Assembly: GCA_032718475.1 (NCBI GenBank)
Contig: JAUCBJ010000179.1
Location: forward strand, 14,625 to 78,624
Reading direction: 5' to 3'
DNA length: 64,000 nucleotides
Origin: Nemertoderma westbladi
Taxonomy: Eukaryota > Animalia > Xenacoelomorpha
Shown piece by piece: positions 1 to 12,531 of this stretch. The first letter of the stretch is position 1. Each line of letters starts with the position of its first letter. The position numbers and the translations under genes were made by a program. The notes below the pieces were generated by a model. It did no database searches and was not told the DNA's origin. It was given only the letters and a program-made list of their open reading frames with translations.

Positions 1-1129
1 AAGTATCACATGATTCCATATACATGCAAAGTTTACTGAAAAGTAGTCGTAGTCGTAGCTTCTGGAAGGAATATATTTCCCAAAATTGTGAAAAAATAGA
101 TAATTAAAAAATGTAAATTATACAGTAGTTATAGTTCAACTAAATTCTGATTAATGCTGATTGTATTGAGATGGCAGCTGAAGATATTTTTACTACGTCA
201 TCCATTACAGCTACATGGACTAACTATCAACTATCAATTGGAATTCAATAATTTAACTTGTATAAAAATAATTACAATCGAAAAAGTGCGAATCCACAAT
301 CTAATCCAAAGTAATCTAAGTTTTGAAGCTGAATAAAACATCAATAAGCTACTGGATTTCTATCACCTGGCAGTTTTAGCTACAAATATATTTTATTTGT
401 ATAGCTAACAACTGTATAGTTTGGGAAAAATAATTATTATTCTGGAATAATTAACTTGTCATGAATCAATTTCCACATTAAGATATCAAATAATGTATTC
501 TTAACACAACACAAAAACACACTAAATAAATATTAGCTACACAATTTATTTTAGTTACTAAGAGATTTATATTGTATAGTAACCAATGAACATTTACTGC
601 TGCACTAGTGACGTCACTAGTGCAGTTTTCTGAAACGGCCTGATTTTTCGATGTTGCTAATTTTGCGTTTTAAAATCGCTATAACTCGGCCAATATTATT
701 TTTTTTAAGTAAAATTGCTCTCTGGGGTTTTTCACATGCTCTTTCACATGAAACCAACGAAAACTCGAAAAAAATTTTCCGAGTCGTCTACCCCATTGCC
801 GATGGGCTTGATCTCTCAAACCAAAACTTCCTCTGCGGGGTTTGCGCGGCAGTAAAGATTGAAAGTCTGGAAGCTGGCATCCCTAGGTATTATTATTATA
901 AAGAGCGTCAGCCTGCGTTTAATAAATATATTTTAATACAAAACAGGTCGAACGCAAAGAGGCTTATAATGAAGACGAGTACTGCATTGATTATATTCCT
1001 ATAAACCACCTGGCTTTGCATATTGAACGTGCGTTTGGAAATAAGTTCGTGCTACCCTTCCGTGGGTGGTAGATGTCGCGGTTATGTATTGGTGGGAGGG
1101 GGGGGGGTGCAGATTAAAAGGGGTGAACA

Positions 1130-1265
1130 CGTACTGTCCCCCTTTCTTTGATTAATTGGTGGTGTGGGTTAATCTCTCATAACCTGATTTTGTGATACAG
1201 TCGCACAATTTTATTTTGTATCTCATAACTGGGCCTCGTGCTGCGGGAAGGCCCCACGAACGTGT
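1130..1265 (+). mobile_element. 3' end fragment of a Helentron-like non-autonomous element (HINE/DINE-1-like)
   Basis: Ends CGTGCTGCGGGAAGGCCCCACGAACGTGT, like the 3' terminus of the 16165-17437 element; about 130 bp homologous to 30850-31008. Confidence 0.55.
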
Positions 1266-1274
1266 TCCCTTCTG

Positions 1275-1795
1275 CTTACCTCAATAATCAAGAAAGTCAG
1301 GGGAATTATCGATTATTCATAATTATTCTCCAAATATAAGCATCAATTAAATAGGTTACAAACCATAGTAATGAATAACAGTGTATAAAACATTATAAGG
1401 TATGCGTTGCCGGCAGTGTCAGCAGTAAGTTTGATATCCAGAGTGAGTTTTAAGAGAGTAGAGTTAATTGATTTGCGTTCTGTGATTCTCTCTGGCCGCT
1501 GATGGTTCTGGGCAGAAATCAGAATCTCAGGAATGAAGGATTTGTCGCACTGCGACATTTACATATATAAACAAAGGCCGGTAAACTGAAAATCGCGCTG
1601 ATTGAACGAAAAATAATATAGAACATACGGGACAAAGAAACAGCTGGCTGATTTCGTCATTATAGCTCTGTACCAAAACAGATGCTAGAGGGCATAAGTC
1701 TATACATTCTCCAATCCCTTTAAATAATGCTGGCCGTTTAGAGTAGTTTGCGAATTGCACAAAAACGACACATTTTTGCCACAAGAGCTTTAACA
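1275..1795 (-). mobile_element. Partial LTR relic (BEL/Pao-related)
   Basis: Colinear with 2806-2881 plus 3738-4209; ends GCTTTAACA, like the GCTTTTACA end of the 1286-bp LTRs. Confidence 0.5.
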
Positions 1796-2049
1796 TCCAA
1801 CAATCTCGTAGGGTGTCCTTACAACGTACCTGTAGCCGACAGTGGAGTGGTTAGAGCATTTTTTATGTATTATTTAATTATATATTTATTGTAATTTAAT
1901 ATCTACATATCCCTATAGTTGTTAAAGACCATTTCTAATACTTATTGTTCCAGTATGTAAAATTTCAAACGTCAATAAGATTTTAAATTCAATCTTATAT
2001 ACCAATTCAATTGAATATAAACCAATTCAAAATAATATATCTTTTATAT

Positions 2050-2332
2050 GTCCTGTTCATGTCCTGGCATTGGATTATTATATTGTGACACATAAGCTCA
2101 GGTACTCTCACTAAATGGTGAAACTGAGTTTTTCTCAATCCTGGCTGGCGTACTGCAAGGTGACACATTAGCACCATTACTATTTGTAATCGTGCTGGAT
2201 TACGCAATAAGGACAGCCACAAAGGGTGAAAATCTGGGATTCACACTTCAAGAACGCAGAAGTAGTAGATATCCGGCAACTACAGTCACAGACACCGACT
2301 TTGCGGATGACATCGCCCTGCTCTCTAATACG
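2050..2332 (+). pseudogene. RTE-clade LINE reverse transcriptase core fragment
   Basis: Translates GETEFFSILAGVLQGDTLAPLLFVIVLDYAIR...DTDFADDIALLSNT (QG and FADD RT motifs). Confidence 0.85.
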
Positions 2333-2349
2333 CCGATATAACCGATATG

Positions 2350-4209
2350 ACCACAGCCGAAGCCAGTCTAGCGCGGTGTATGACCCACCGTGTGTGGGAG
2401 ACTGAATTCTATGGCAGAGAGAGGGGTAGGCTACTTTGTATTATTCGATTGATCTCTACTATATAATCTCCAAAAACTATGTTTATTTTCAGGGAAATAC
2501 CAGCAGTTTCTTTCAGGTGCTGCGCTTTAAATACCACGCAGAGTTACGACTTATACTAATTACAACGGGTGGATATGAGACTGCACAATGTTTAATTATA
2601 ATTAATTAATTAATTATAATGTATAATTATAATAATTCGCTCGCATTCACACAACTGGCAATAGTACTGAAACACGCTAATTTGCCGACTGTCACCAATT
2701 TTACTCGCATATAAGGAGAAATTTAGCTTACGTACGTTGGGGGCTATGAAACAGCATGAACTCATGCAAACCACTCTAGGCTATTGTGACTAGTATTCCC
2801 CTCCGCTTACCTCAATAAAACAAGAAAGTCAAGAGAGATACCGGTTATTCGTAAGTATTCTCCAAATATTAGCCGTAATCACAGTCGAGGAAATCCTGCC
2901 AAGTACCTAACTGATCTAGACTTTGCTGATGACTTAGGAGTACTCTCAGAATCACTAGAGGGAGCGCAACGGCTCCTCAGCTCATTAGAACATGCTGCTT
3001 CTAGTGTTGGTCTTTTTATTAACTCCAGAAAGACCAAAATTTTGACAGTTAACTTTGAAAGTCCTCAGCAAGTCTCTGATCGGATGAGCATAAGCTCAAA
3101 GGATGGTATGCTTGAGCATGTGGACGACTTCTGTTACCTGGGATCATGGATCCGGAAGTCAGGTGAGAACCTTCGAATGCATAAGGGAAAGGCATGGGCA
3201 GCCTTGAATAGGCTTTCCAGGATTTGGAAGTCACCGAAAATTAATCGGAAACTTAAGGTCCGATTATTTAGAGCAACAGTAGTTCCAGTACTCCTCTATG
3301 GGAGTCCATGCTGGGCTCTAACTGCTGAGGACACCAAATCTCTGGATAGCACATTCACAAGAATGCTACGCCGGGTTCATTGTGTCAAGTATAATGCACA
3401 CATCTCCAACCAGACACTATATAACATTGGAGGTGTCTCATTGGTTCCCCCAAGCTTGTCACTAGAACAAAATCGCCTCCGCTTTGCAGGACATTGCTTT
3501 CGCCGAGAGGACCAACCAGTGCATAATCTTGTACTTTGGCAGCCTCATGGAATGAATAAGCATGGTGGACAGCCCATGACTTTCTTGAGACGCATCTTAA
3601 AGGACACTGGCCTTGAAGATGCGGATGATCTAGCAAATGTCATGGGTGATAGGGAGTTGTGGCGGTGCAATTTTTTCGATAAGCCGGCACAGCATTCTTA
3701 AAAATGCAGCTGCAATGCAGCATGCCGATTCTAGTAGTAGCCGTAATCAAATAGGTTACAAACACAGTATTATAACAATAATAAACAATATAAGTTACGC
3801 GGTGTGTGGCATTTAATCATCTGTCAGAATTTTAGTGAGGTATACGGTATGAGAGTACGAGAGAGATAATTTATTGTGTTTTATAATTCTCTGGCACTCT
3901 AGCCACGGATGGATGGTCTTTGGGCAAAGTCAGAAATGTCAGAATGAATGATTTCGTCACATTACGGTATACATATGTAAACAAAGAATTCGCAAAGTGA
4001 AAATCGCGATGATTGAACGAAATATAACAAAATATAACACAGTCTCTACGCATAATGAAACAGCTGGAAAATTTCGTCATGTTAGTTCTGGATTAAGACA
4101 GACGCGTAGTTGCATAAGTTGATACTTCCTCCAACACCTTAGTTGGCCTTTTTAGAGTAGTTCGCGAATTGCACAAAAACGCCACATTTTTGCCGCAAAT
4201 GCTTTAACA
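2350..4209 (-). mobile_element. Diverged solo-LTR relic related to the 17738-19023 LTR, interrupted by an RTE insertion
   Basis: 2350-2580 aligns by eye to LTR 17850-18085 (AGCCGAAGCCAGTC...TGTATTATTCGATTGAT...GGGAAATA.AGCAGTT); ends GCTTTAACA. Confidence 0.6.
2882..3737 (+). mobile_element. 5'-truncated RTE-clade non-LTR retrotransposon (RT C-terminal half, ORF to 3701)
   Basis: DLDFADD, DDFCYLGS, KVRLFRATVVPVLLYGS and RLRFAGHCFR motifs; (TAG)n tail; 12-bp TSD TAGCCGTAATCA at 2870-2881 and 3738-3749. Confidence 0.9.
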
Positions 4210-4536
4210 GGACAAGGTCTGTTTACACAGGTTACTCACCGAGCAACCCACCCAAGCTGTAGTATAGGTAAGTGTTAGAAGAAAGGTGATTGGTCACAAG
4301 CAATATCAATTCAGTTACTTGGTGGGTAATATACTGTAAGGAGAGATATTGTATATTGAATATTATAGTATTAAAATATTAAATTTAATTTCATATTATT
4401 TTATATTCTATTATAATTCAATTATGTTCTCGGTTTACTATTCCAATTAAATTTGTTAGCCCCCCCCCCCCCCCCCCCCTGGCCGTTATACTCGTCCAAA
4501 GTTATTCTTAGCTGAATGTGTTAATTGATCCTTTAA

Positions 4537-5266
4537 GGGGGGGGGGGGGGGGGGGTAGCACCTCAAAATTGAACCTCACATTTTTGTGTCTCTGGACCAT
4601 AAAATTTGGTGACAATTATTTTTTGTGCTACTAAACATCGTCTGGAATGTGTGAGAATAATCAAACCAAATATTTTTAAAATTGGCCCCAAAATGGCTCA
4701 GTAATGGCCAAAAGTGCCTTTTTGCGCCAAGGGCTATTTCTCCACCAATATTTGTTGAAATTTTGAATATAGTTTCAGAAGAACTTTGCATCCAATTCTT
4801 CTGAACAAATTTTTGCCTCAAATGCTCTGGTGCCTTTTTTAAACAAAAAGGCCCCAAAAAGGTTTTTTTGGGCCTTTTTGATATAAACAGGCTCCAGGGA
4901 ATTTCCATCCAAATTTGTTCAGAAGTATGGAGAAGGGTAATCGTAACAAGTGTACCAAATTTCAACTCATTTCAGTTAAAATTGGCGGAGAAATTGCTTT
5001 TTTCATGAAAAAACGTCATTCTGAGATATGGGTGTTTAAAGTTTAAGGAACAATTCAAACCTTCCCGCTATTTTTGAAATTCAACGATATTTTTCATGCT
5101 TGCTAAACAGATAATTAGTAAAACAACGTTTTAGCAATTTTATTCATATCTGTACCGTGAGAGCCTTTTCTATGAAAACGGCCCCGTACAATTGTAAAAT
5201 GTAGTGCTGCTCGAAGGCTTTTCAAAAATCAGACTATTTCCAAAATAGGTGGGTGCTACAACCCCC
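4537..5266. mobile_element. Non-autonomous DNA transposon, Kolobok-like
   Basis: Left end TTAA-G(n)TAGCACC, right end GGTGCTACAACCCCC (imperfect TIR); right TTAA not preserved. Confidence 0.4.
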
Positions 5267-6866
5267 GTACAATATATTGAACAGACGTTCACACCTCACA
5301 CCATTGATCATCACATAGTACGTAGGGTGAGTGAGGGAGACTTGACTTAGGGCACCCTCTCTAGCTTGACTAAACCAAACCCAGCCAAGCCAACCAACAA
5401 CTCTTCCTTCCCTCTTTGCAATGTGGTAGCCCGCCAACTTGGTGATTGACAACTTAAACAAGATGCCGCTACGTCAGAAAGCGGCACGCATCAATAGAAT
5501 TACAGGAAAACAATTAAAATGCTCCTGGATTGAAAATTATACAAGATGTTTATTATTAAAAAGTACCTTTCCGCGTTAAATTTTATTGCGGTTTTAATTA
5601 ACTATTATTTATTTATTTCTTGTTAGGAGAACCATGTGAATGACCAGCTAAATTTGTAGAAAATTTGGGATAATAATTTGATAAATTAATAATCGTATTT
5701 TTTGCATTTTTGCTGCTCTACTATAAAATAGACATGTTGAACATGTAATTATTACATTTCTTATGCATTTTTGAACAAATTTACAAGAATGTGAGGTGGG
5801 GTTCAAGTCTCCCTCACTCACCCTACACACCCATAACCTGTAACAATAACATAGTCATATAAAATGCATGCCAGACATGTTCCCAGCAAGTATTGGAGTC
5901 TGTTATACTTTAGGTGAACTATGTACTAACCAACCGACATATAGACACAGTAGGATGCAGTTGAAATATGTACAATAATTGATGATTTTCTGCCGATTAC
6001 CAATTGTTTTCAGTTGCCATGCAACAGAGACAGACCTACTTGGTCAGGACTAAATGGTCTGAACTTAGCAATCTTCGAGGTACTTGACCCCAAATGGATT
6101 TTATTTGACTTTCATGGTAACTGCATTTCACATGAAACATTTCAGAAGGTCATATCCCCCCAATCAAATTAAGCTTTTTCTATAAATCTTTATCATATTG
6201 ATTTAAATTTGTAACACAACTATTTCAAATCATCGTGGTTGTTACCATGAAGACGGAATTTTCAATTTTATAAGTGTTTTAAAAAAGGCTTTTGTAAAAT
6301 AGCACCCTCTGAATCGTGGTCATTCTTCATATTAGTCTTAATTCTTTTCACATGAATAGAAAGCTTGCGTTGCAAGGATTCCAAATATGTAACAATAACT
6401 GAATTTCGTTGAGAAACAACTGAGATATGTGTTCAAAGATTGCAAGGAGTATCGTTCGCTGTATATAGGCCATTTATTCTATTTAATAAAAACACAAAAT
6501 TCTAGCACGTTTTATTAATTTTATTTATTTGTATGGAATTAATTTCGCACAACAAAATCGCCAGGACGACATTAAACTTTTATTCAGTTGGGTACAGTTT
6601 AGAAAGCTCGGATTATTTAAATTCGTCCGTTTTTCCTATGTTTCGCATAGCGAACAATTGGTAAAACATATAAATAAAAGTATATATTATATTTCTAATT
6701 TATTTATGTTTTGAACATATGGAAATATAGGATAATTCACCATTTATAGACACAGAAAATAAATACTAGCAAAATTAATATGCCACCAACACAAACTTTG
6801 TGATTAACAATATAAGTTAGATCTAGAGTCTCGGCTACGGTTGATGTAATTCGTTGATCTTTGTCT

Positions 6867-7064
6867 CTATAAGGGAAAGACTTCGACTTCACAAAGCGTT
6901 AGATATTCGCTGATTCCGAGGAACACAACGACATAACGGCCAGTCTTCCCGGAGCAGGTGATGGTGTGGACGTCGCTGGCGCTGGTGATGGTACCGCAGA
7001 GGTTGACAGAGTTGCTAACCAGACTACGGAGGAACCCATCGTCTAGACTATCCACTATAAACAC
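6867..7064 (-). CDS. F-type lectin (fucolectin-like), exon 4 of 4
   Basis: AG acceptor at 7065-7066; VFIVDS...CGTITS...GRYVVV...YLTLCEVEVFPL*, the typical F-type lectin domain C-terminus. Confidence 0.9.
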   Translation of the reverse strand: MFIVDSLDDGFLRSLVSNSVNLCGTITSASDVHTITCSGKTGRYVVVFLGISEYLTLCEVEVFPL

Positions 7065-7258
7065 CTGTAAAACACATTTATTTTATCACAAAATTAGCGA
7101 TATGAATGGGTTAATCTTTTAGGCTCGTTTGGCCAAGGAAACCCCATCTAGGGATTGAACCAGGATGTCGCAGACCAAGCTGCTGCTGCCAGTGCGTGTA
7201 TCGTACAGTGGATATTTTATATTAATGGAACGTAAAATAATAAATGCCGTCTGCGTGA

Positions 7259-7575
7259 CCTACCTTAGCACCGATAATCCGACACGACAGCTGTCCGACC
7301 TACCTTAGCACCGATAATCCGACACGACAGCTGTCCGACCTACCTTAGCACCGATAATCAGACACGACAGCTGTCCGACCTACCTTAGCACCGATAATCC
7401 GACACGACAGCTGTCCGACCTACCTTAGCACCGATAATCCGACACGACAGCTGTCCGACCTACCTTAGCACCGATAATCCGACACGACAGCTGTCCGACC
7501 TACCTTAGCACCGATAATCCGACACGACAGCTGTCCGACCTACCTTAGCACCGATAATTCGACCCTCCGACCTAC
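7259..7575 (-). repeat. 40-bp intronic minisatellite containing copies of the exon-3 end and 5' splice site
   Basis: Unit TCGGACAGCTGTCGTGTCGGATTATCGGTGCTAAG|GTAGG, about 8 copies (the first is 32 bp). Confidence 0.95.
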
Positions 7576-7824
7576 CTTAGCTCCGATAATCCGACCCTGA
7601 CAGCAGTCCTGTCTGTTGTAGACCTTTACGTGGCTGATGGGAGTGATCTCCTGTAGATCCAGAGTCCACCACCCAGGGGCGATGTTATCCGTGTGGGTGC
7701 AGCTACCGTGGTTGTAATCCCCGTCGGTGTTTCCATCGTTACCGCGGCTAGCAACTCCGCCCCAACCGACCGAATCCATTCCGCTCGGGAGACCGATGGC
7801 GATGTTACCGGCCCCGACCTCAAC
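7576..7824 (-). CDS. F-type lectin, exon 3 (second lectin domain)
   Basis: VEVGAGNIAIG...NDGNTDG...SCTHT...WWTLDL...YNRQDCCQGR; AG/GT boundaries, phase 0. Confidence 0.92.
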
Positions 7825-7980
7825 CTAGTAATAACAATAATTAAATTCCTAGTTCCATAATCCTAATGGAAGAGTTACAAAGTAAATAAAGTAACATACA
7901 AAGACAAAGTTTGCTACTGTGTAGTATTTGCTGCACATAACATGGTATGCATGCCGCACTATTATAGCTGCAGTACTTAC

Positions 7981-8361
7981 CTCGCACAGAGTTAGGTAGT
8001 TACCGTTGAGCTGAAAGACGACAAGGTAACGTCCGTGATGGCTGTCGCAGTCTACATGACTGGTGTGTGAGGCGCTGGAGATGGTGCCACATAGATGGGC
8101 GGAACAGGTGTCTGTGTTCTGGAGTGTGTCCCAAGAGACATCGTCTGTGACGTAAACCTCGGCCCCAATGATACGATCAGCGCAACAATCAATGCGATTG
8201 TAAATAGTGACCATGCCAACAGAAGGTCTCTGATTTCCAAGGTCAACCCACCACCAATTGGGGGCCTGGTTGTCGGTATGGGTGCAGGAGTTACCGTTGT
8301 AGACACCATCTCGGTTGCCGTCAACGGCCCGACTAGATTGGCCATTATACGTGGTGGTATC
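7981..8361 (-). CDS. F-type lectin, exon 2 (first lectin domain)
   Basis: DTTTYNGQSSRAVDGNRDG...SCTHT...WWWVDLG...YNRIDCCADR...YLTLCE; fucose-binding H...RxDxxxxR motif; GTAAGT donor. Confidence 0.92.
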
Positions 8362-8835
8362 CTAGAAACACAATTGGCATAATCTAATGTTATGTTTCAA
8401 CATAAAGCACTACCACCCTACAACAATACAATTTCAATTTAATTTACCCTTTTAATAATATTAAATTGCACAATTAATAATATTAAATTGCACAATTAAT
8501 ATTATACAACAAATATAAATTTGTTACATATCCTCCGACAGGCAACTGTAGCGAGCACTAAACTACAAGCTACAGCACTAAACCACACAGGTTAATGGTG
8601 GTAATAACCATTTAACGGATTCTGTTATGCCTACTGGAATACTCTTTGTTGAATTGCAAATGATTTATATTTAACATATTAATGATATAATTTATGGCAT
8701 TAAGCAAAATACTGTTAAGAATAAACTACCTATATATCTACAGTTGACAATAAGTTCAGTTTCTCTAATAATAGCAATTTATGAATAAAATTAATTATTC
8801 AATTTGTTCAACTTGTTATCATTAATACAACTTAC

Positions 8836-8916
8836 CTGTCCCGTTGGCCGGTTAAGTGCGAGATTAAGTGCTGAAGTAGAAGCTATCAATAATAACACGA
8901 GCAGTAAACAGTGCAT
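8836..8916 (-). CDS. F-type lectin, exon 1 (signal peptide); the gene encodes about 302 aa with two tandem domains
   Basis: MHCLLLVLLLIASTSALNLALNRPTGQ|gtaagt; hydrophobic leader followed by the NLAL.RP domain start; joins exon 2 in frame. Confidence 0.85.
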
Positions 8917-10571
8917 GTTGGTTTAGTATTATTAGATGAAAGAATGTTACAAATAGAAAAAATTAAGAAATAACAAAAAAACTACCTACAAGCACAAGAT
9001 AGAAAAGATTCGCTAAATTCAGTTCAAAGAACTAACTGCAATAATTATAATTTATTTTATTTTTATACTTCAGTTTTCGAGTCCCCAATAATAGAGGTCA
9101 AAGGCCAAGCATTTCACATTGCACTGCTGTAAAGTGATTGGATTGTCAACTTCGAGGTAAGGTATACACTTGTACTTAGGCAACTGTACTCTATATAACA
9201 AGAGGTGCTAATTGCAATGAAGGCAATATTGGAGGTAAAGGATCGTGTGTGTGTAGCAAAAAGTAACCAATGGTGGCCCAGTGTGTGTTGATTTTCTATA
9301 CTAATTTATTAAACCCCCACACCCTTTTCCAATACTTTATGATAACAATACCTACAACTACCAAATAAACGGCCAGTTGTCGTTATTAAATTGGACCCAT
9401 GGGCTGGGAGGCAGCATAGGTAATACTGTAATTAATTACAGTTTATTGAACTATAATTATTGTCTGTTCGAGAATGGAATATACGGATAAAATTAATCCC
9501 TGAAGCAAATTAATCTGTATAACTGCTGCTGAGGCCAAAGCGAGAATTAATGATAAACTTGCTTAAAGGCATGGGGTTTTATTTCAATTTAGATTTACTA
9601 TTATTTATAACATGTAATTAAATACAATAACTATTATTTGTACGTTCTGTAAAATAGCACTTGATAGGAAACAAGTTTGAGTCGGTTTCCTCAATGCGAT
9701 GAAAAAAATAAATATGCAAAGATTTATTTATGGACGTAAATTTAGGGTTACAAGTTTTGTCAGCTTTTCTAAATAACAACCATATTACTCACCCTTCGCA
9801 AATCACGTAAATAAGTGAATTCATTATTCGTCGCCCATGTGAAGAATACCAGATTTTCACTTTTCCGTCGATATTTTAATGGAATTTTATGTGAAGAATT
9901 TTTATAAATTTATCTTAATTATATTAAATGTTTTATTGCGGGTTATTTCTATATATTATATAGATAAATATAGAATCAATATTAATTAAAAAACAAAATA
10001 TATCTGTCGGATATGAGAACCAGTTGTATGCAATAAAGAATAATTAATGGATTAAATAAAAATCGTTCAATCACTTAAAAAATGTCTTTATATAATATGA
10101 GTTTCGATAATCTTTTTCAAGCTCTATCGATTCGTTCTCTTAATCTCTTTATCTTTATAATTCTGTTGATCTTTTGCGAAGCCGAGACTTTCCTACTCCG
10201 AGGGTTAAAACAAACGGAAAAAACAACAAAACAACCAGATAAACAAACTTATGTTCTACTTTTAATTTAATATCGCCTATATTTGAAAAAGATAAAGAGA
10301 ATTATCGAAAGCTCATAAAATAAAAAAATTTTTAAGTTATTGAACGTCTCAACGTCAGTTGATTTTTATTGGATACTTTATTCTTTATAGATAGATACTA
10401 ATTGGTTTTATTGTTTCGGTTAGATTCAACCCTTCCTTAACATGGGTTTTTCATGAAAACCTCACATTCATCACATTCATGGGGGAAATTGCAAAGAGAA
10501 ATATAAGCAGAAAGTATGGTATACATTCAGATGCGCCATTCTCCAAGTTGTTGTAATATTGGCGGTGTCGT

Positions 10572-11900
10572 CGCGTTACGGCTAATATCGCGTTATGGCT
10601 AATTTTTTGAGAGATTAGCCGTACCGCGACTTTCAAAGTCGCGGTACGGCTAATCTATTGTCTTGGTTTTACATAGGGAATCATTATCAATATTATTCTA
10701 TGATGTTTACGTACAGATGAGGTCCGAAAAATGTAATGTAATAATGTTTTACAGCATGGGAGTCTCTGGAGGGGGTGGGGGGGGGGGGGGGGGGAATTTT
10801 ACCATCTTTCATACTGTATGTTCTTCGACAGCCTCACATTCAATATAAAATGGTATTCTATGGTATTCTTAGTCACAGCCTCAAGCACAGGTACCGATTA
10901 CAGCGGCCAATAATAGCAGCCGAAGAAGCAATGAGTGGTTTTGTTGAACATATTCCACTACTTCATATCGATGTTGTTAACCAACGCCGGGCTCGCTACC
11001 TAGACCATATGTGCGTTCTGTTTGGGGATTGACAAGCCGGCAATGGCCGTCCTTCCAGCCGCCGATCACCCAGTTGAAAGTCCAGCTGCATTGGGAGGGG
11101 GTGGTGATCCCGACTGGCATGTTGGTGTAGTGAACCACCCCTTGGCGGCCAAACCATTTCTTCCCAACCCACCCTCGAACCACCCCTTCGCGGCCGAACC
11201 ATTCCTTCCCAACCCACCCCCGAACCATCCCTTCGCGGCCGAACCATTTCTTCCCAACCCACCCTCGAACCACCCCTTCGCGGCCGAACCATTTCTTCCC
11301 AACCCACCCTCGAACCACCCCTTCGCGGCCGAACCATCCAACCCAACCCACCCCCGAACCATCCCTTCGCGGCCGAACCATTTCTTCCCAACCCACCCCC
11401 GCATCACCCCTTCGCGGCCGAACCATTCCAACCCACCCCACCACCGAACCATATGCCATACGTGGGCGATGACAGGCTAATTCAAGACATTTCTTAGTTC
11501 AGATCTTTAGTTTTAGATACTTTTTATTTGATTATTATAATGATAAATTCAAAGTGCAAATTTCGGCAAAATACTGATATACTTTCGACCAATATACCTA
11601 TGGTACTGTGTACTGTGGTACTCAATACAACAATAATAATACAATAATTAATAAATTAAGTTTTTTAGTTAAAATCCCCCCCTGGATACTCCCATGCTGT
11701 ATAACATTATTACATTAAATTTTACGAACCTTTCATCATCTGTACGTAAACACCATAGAATAATATTGATAATGATTCCCTATGTAAAACCAAGACAATA
11801 GATAAGCCGTAACGCGACTTTATAAGTAGCCGTAACGCGACTTTGAAAGTCGCGGTACGGCTACTCAAAAAGTCGCTTTACGGCTAATTGTCGCGTTACA
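10572..11900. mobile_element. Foldback/MITE-like element with about 220-bp inverted arms
   Basis: 10615-10790 is the reverse complement of 11675-11865; both arms contain the palindrome TAGCCGTA.CGCGACTTT.AAAGTCGCGGTACGGCTA. Confidence 0.7.
11130..11450. repeat. GC-rich 45-bp minisatellite
   Basis: Unit CACCCCTTCGCGGCCGAACCATTTCTTCCCAACCCACCCTCGAAC, about 7 copies. Confidence 0.9.
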
Positions 11901-12275
11901 GACAGGGGACTCTATACACAGACAGTACATACCGTCCGATAGTATTAATTTTAGATTTTTACATTTACTACATAATATTAGCTCCGGCATCCCATTCTAT
12001 AACAAAGTAAATATTTTTAGTTTTTTAGGAGATCTATACAGTAGCTTATAACCGCCTTTTATTATGTATTTTTTGGCGCCAACCTTATAAATTCAAACTT
12101 TGCAGTAATTAGGCAACATTTAAGCTAAAGTTTGTACATTATTTATGACTGATGATGATTTTGTGTAAAAATCGAAACGTTTAGAACTTATGCATATTAT
12201 TTCATTGTATTTACGTACTTTTAATATATATATATTATTATTAAACATTAAGGAATATCCAACTACGACGGAAAT

Positions 12276-12531
12276 CTACCGACTAAGTTCGGAAACCATT
12301 TGTTTCCGGTACAGTTTGTCTACAAAATCGCGAGTTTTATTGAGCGGGTTGGCTGCGTGTAGCGGTAGGGGGCGTCTGCTGGAGTCCAGTCCGTATAAAT
12401 TCCTCAAGGCCGTCAAGGTTGCTTCGGTTTCAGCCTCATCGACGCTGATTCCACAACCTTCACTGAGACACCGGGACCCGGAATAAATACCGACTACATA
12501 CGCCGGTATTATTGTGTTGCTTCCTGTACTT
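12276..12531 (-). CDS. MRPL44: 39S mitochondrial ribosomal protein L44, exon 2 (dsRBD-like C-terminus)
   Basis: STGSNTIIPAYVVGIYSGSRCLSEGCGISVDEAETEATLTALRNLYGLDSSRRPL...*; phase-2 join to exon 1. Confidence 0.9.

Noticed and set aside
2050-2332. This RTE fragment ends at CTAATACGC, where the 57492-58219 copy begins
   Set aside because: The latter has its own 12-bp TSD, so it is an independent 5'-truncated insertion rather than half of an inverted element; likely coincidence.
7259-7575. CRISPR-like appearance of the 40-bp repeats
   Set aside because: Units are contiguous with no unique spacers, derive from the exon end, and the context is eukaryotic.
10977-11480. Overlapping Pro-rich and Gly/Trp-rich ORFs
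   Set aside because: Products of a stop-free 45-bp minisatellite open in several frames.
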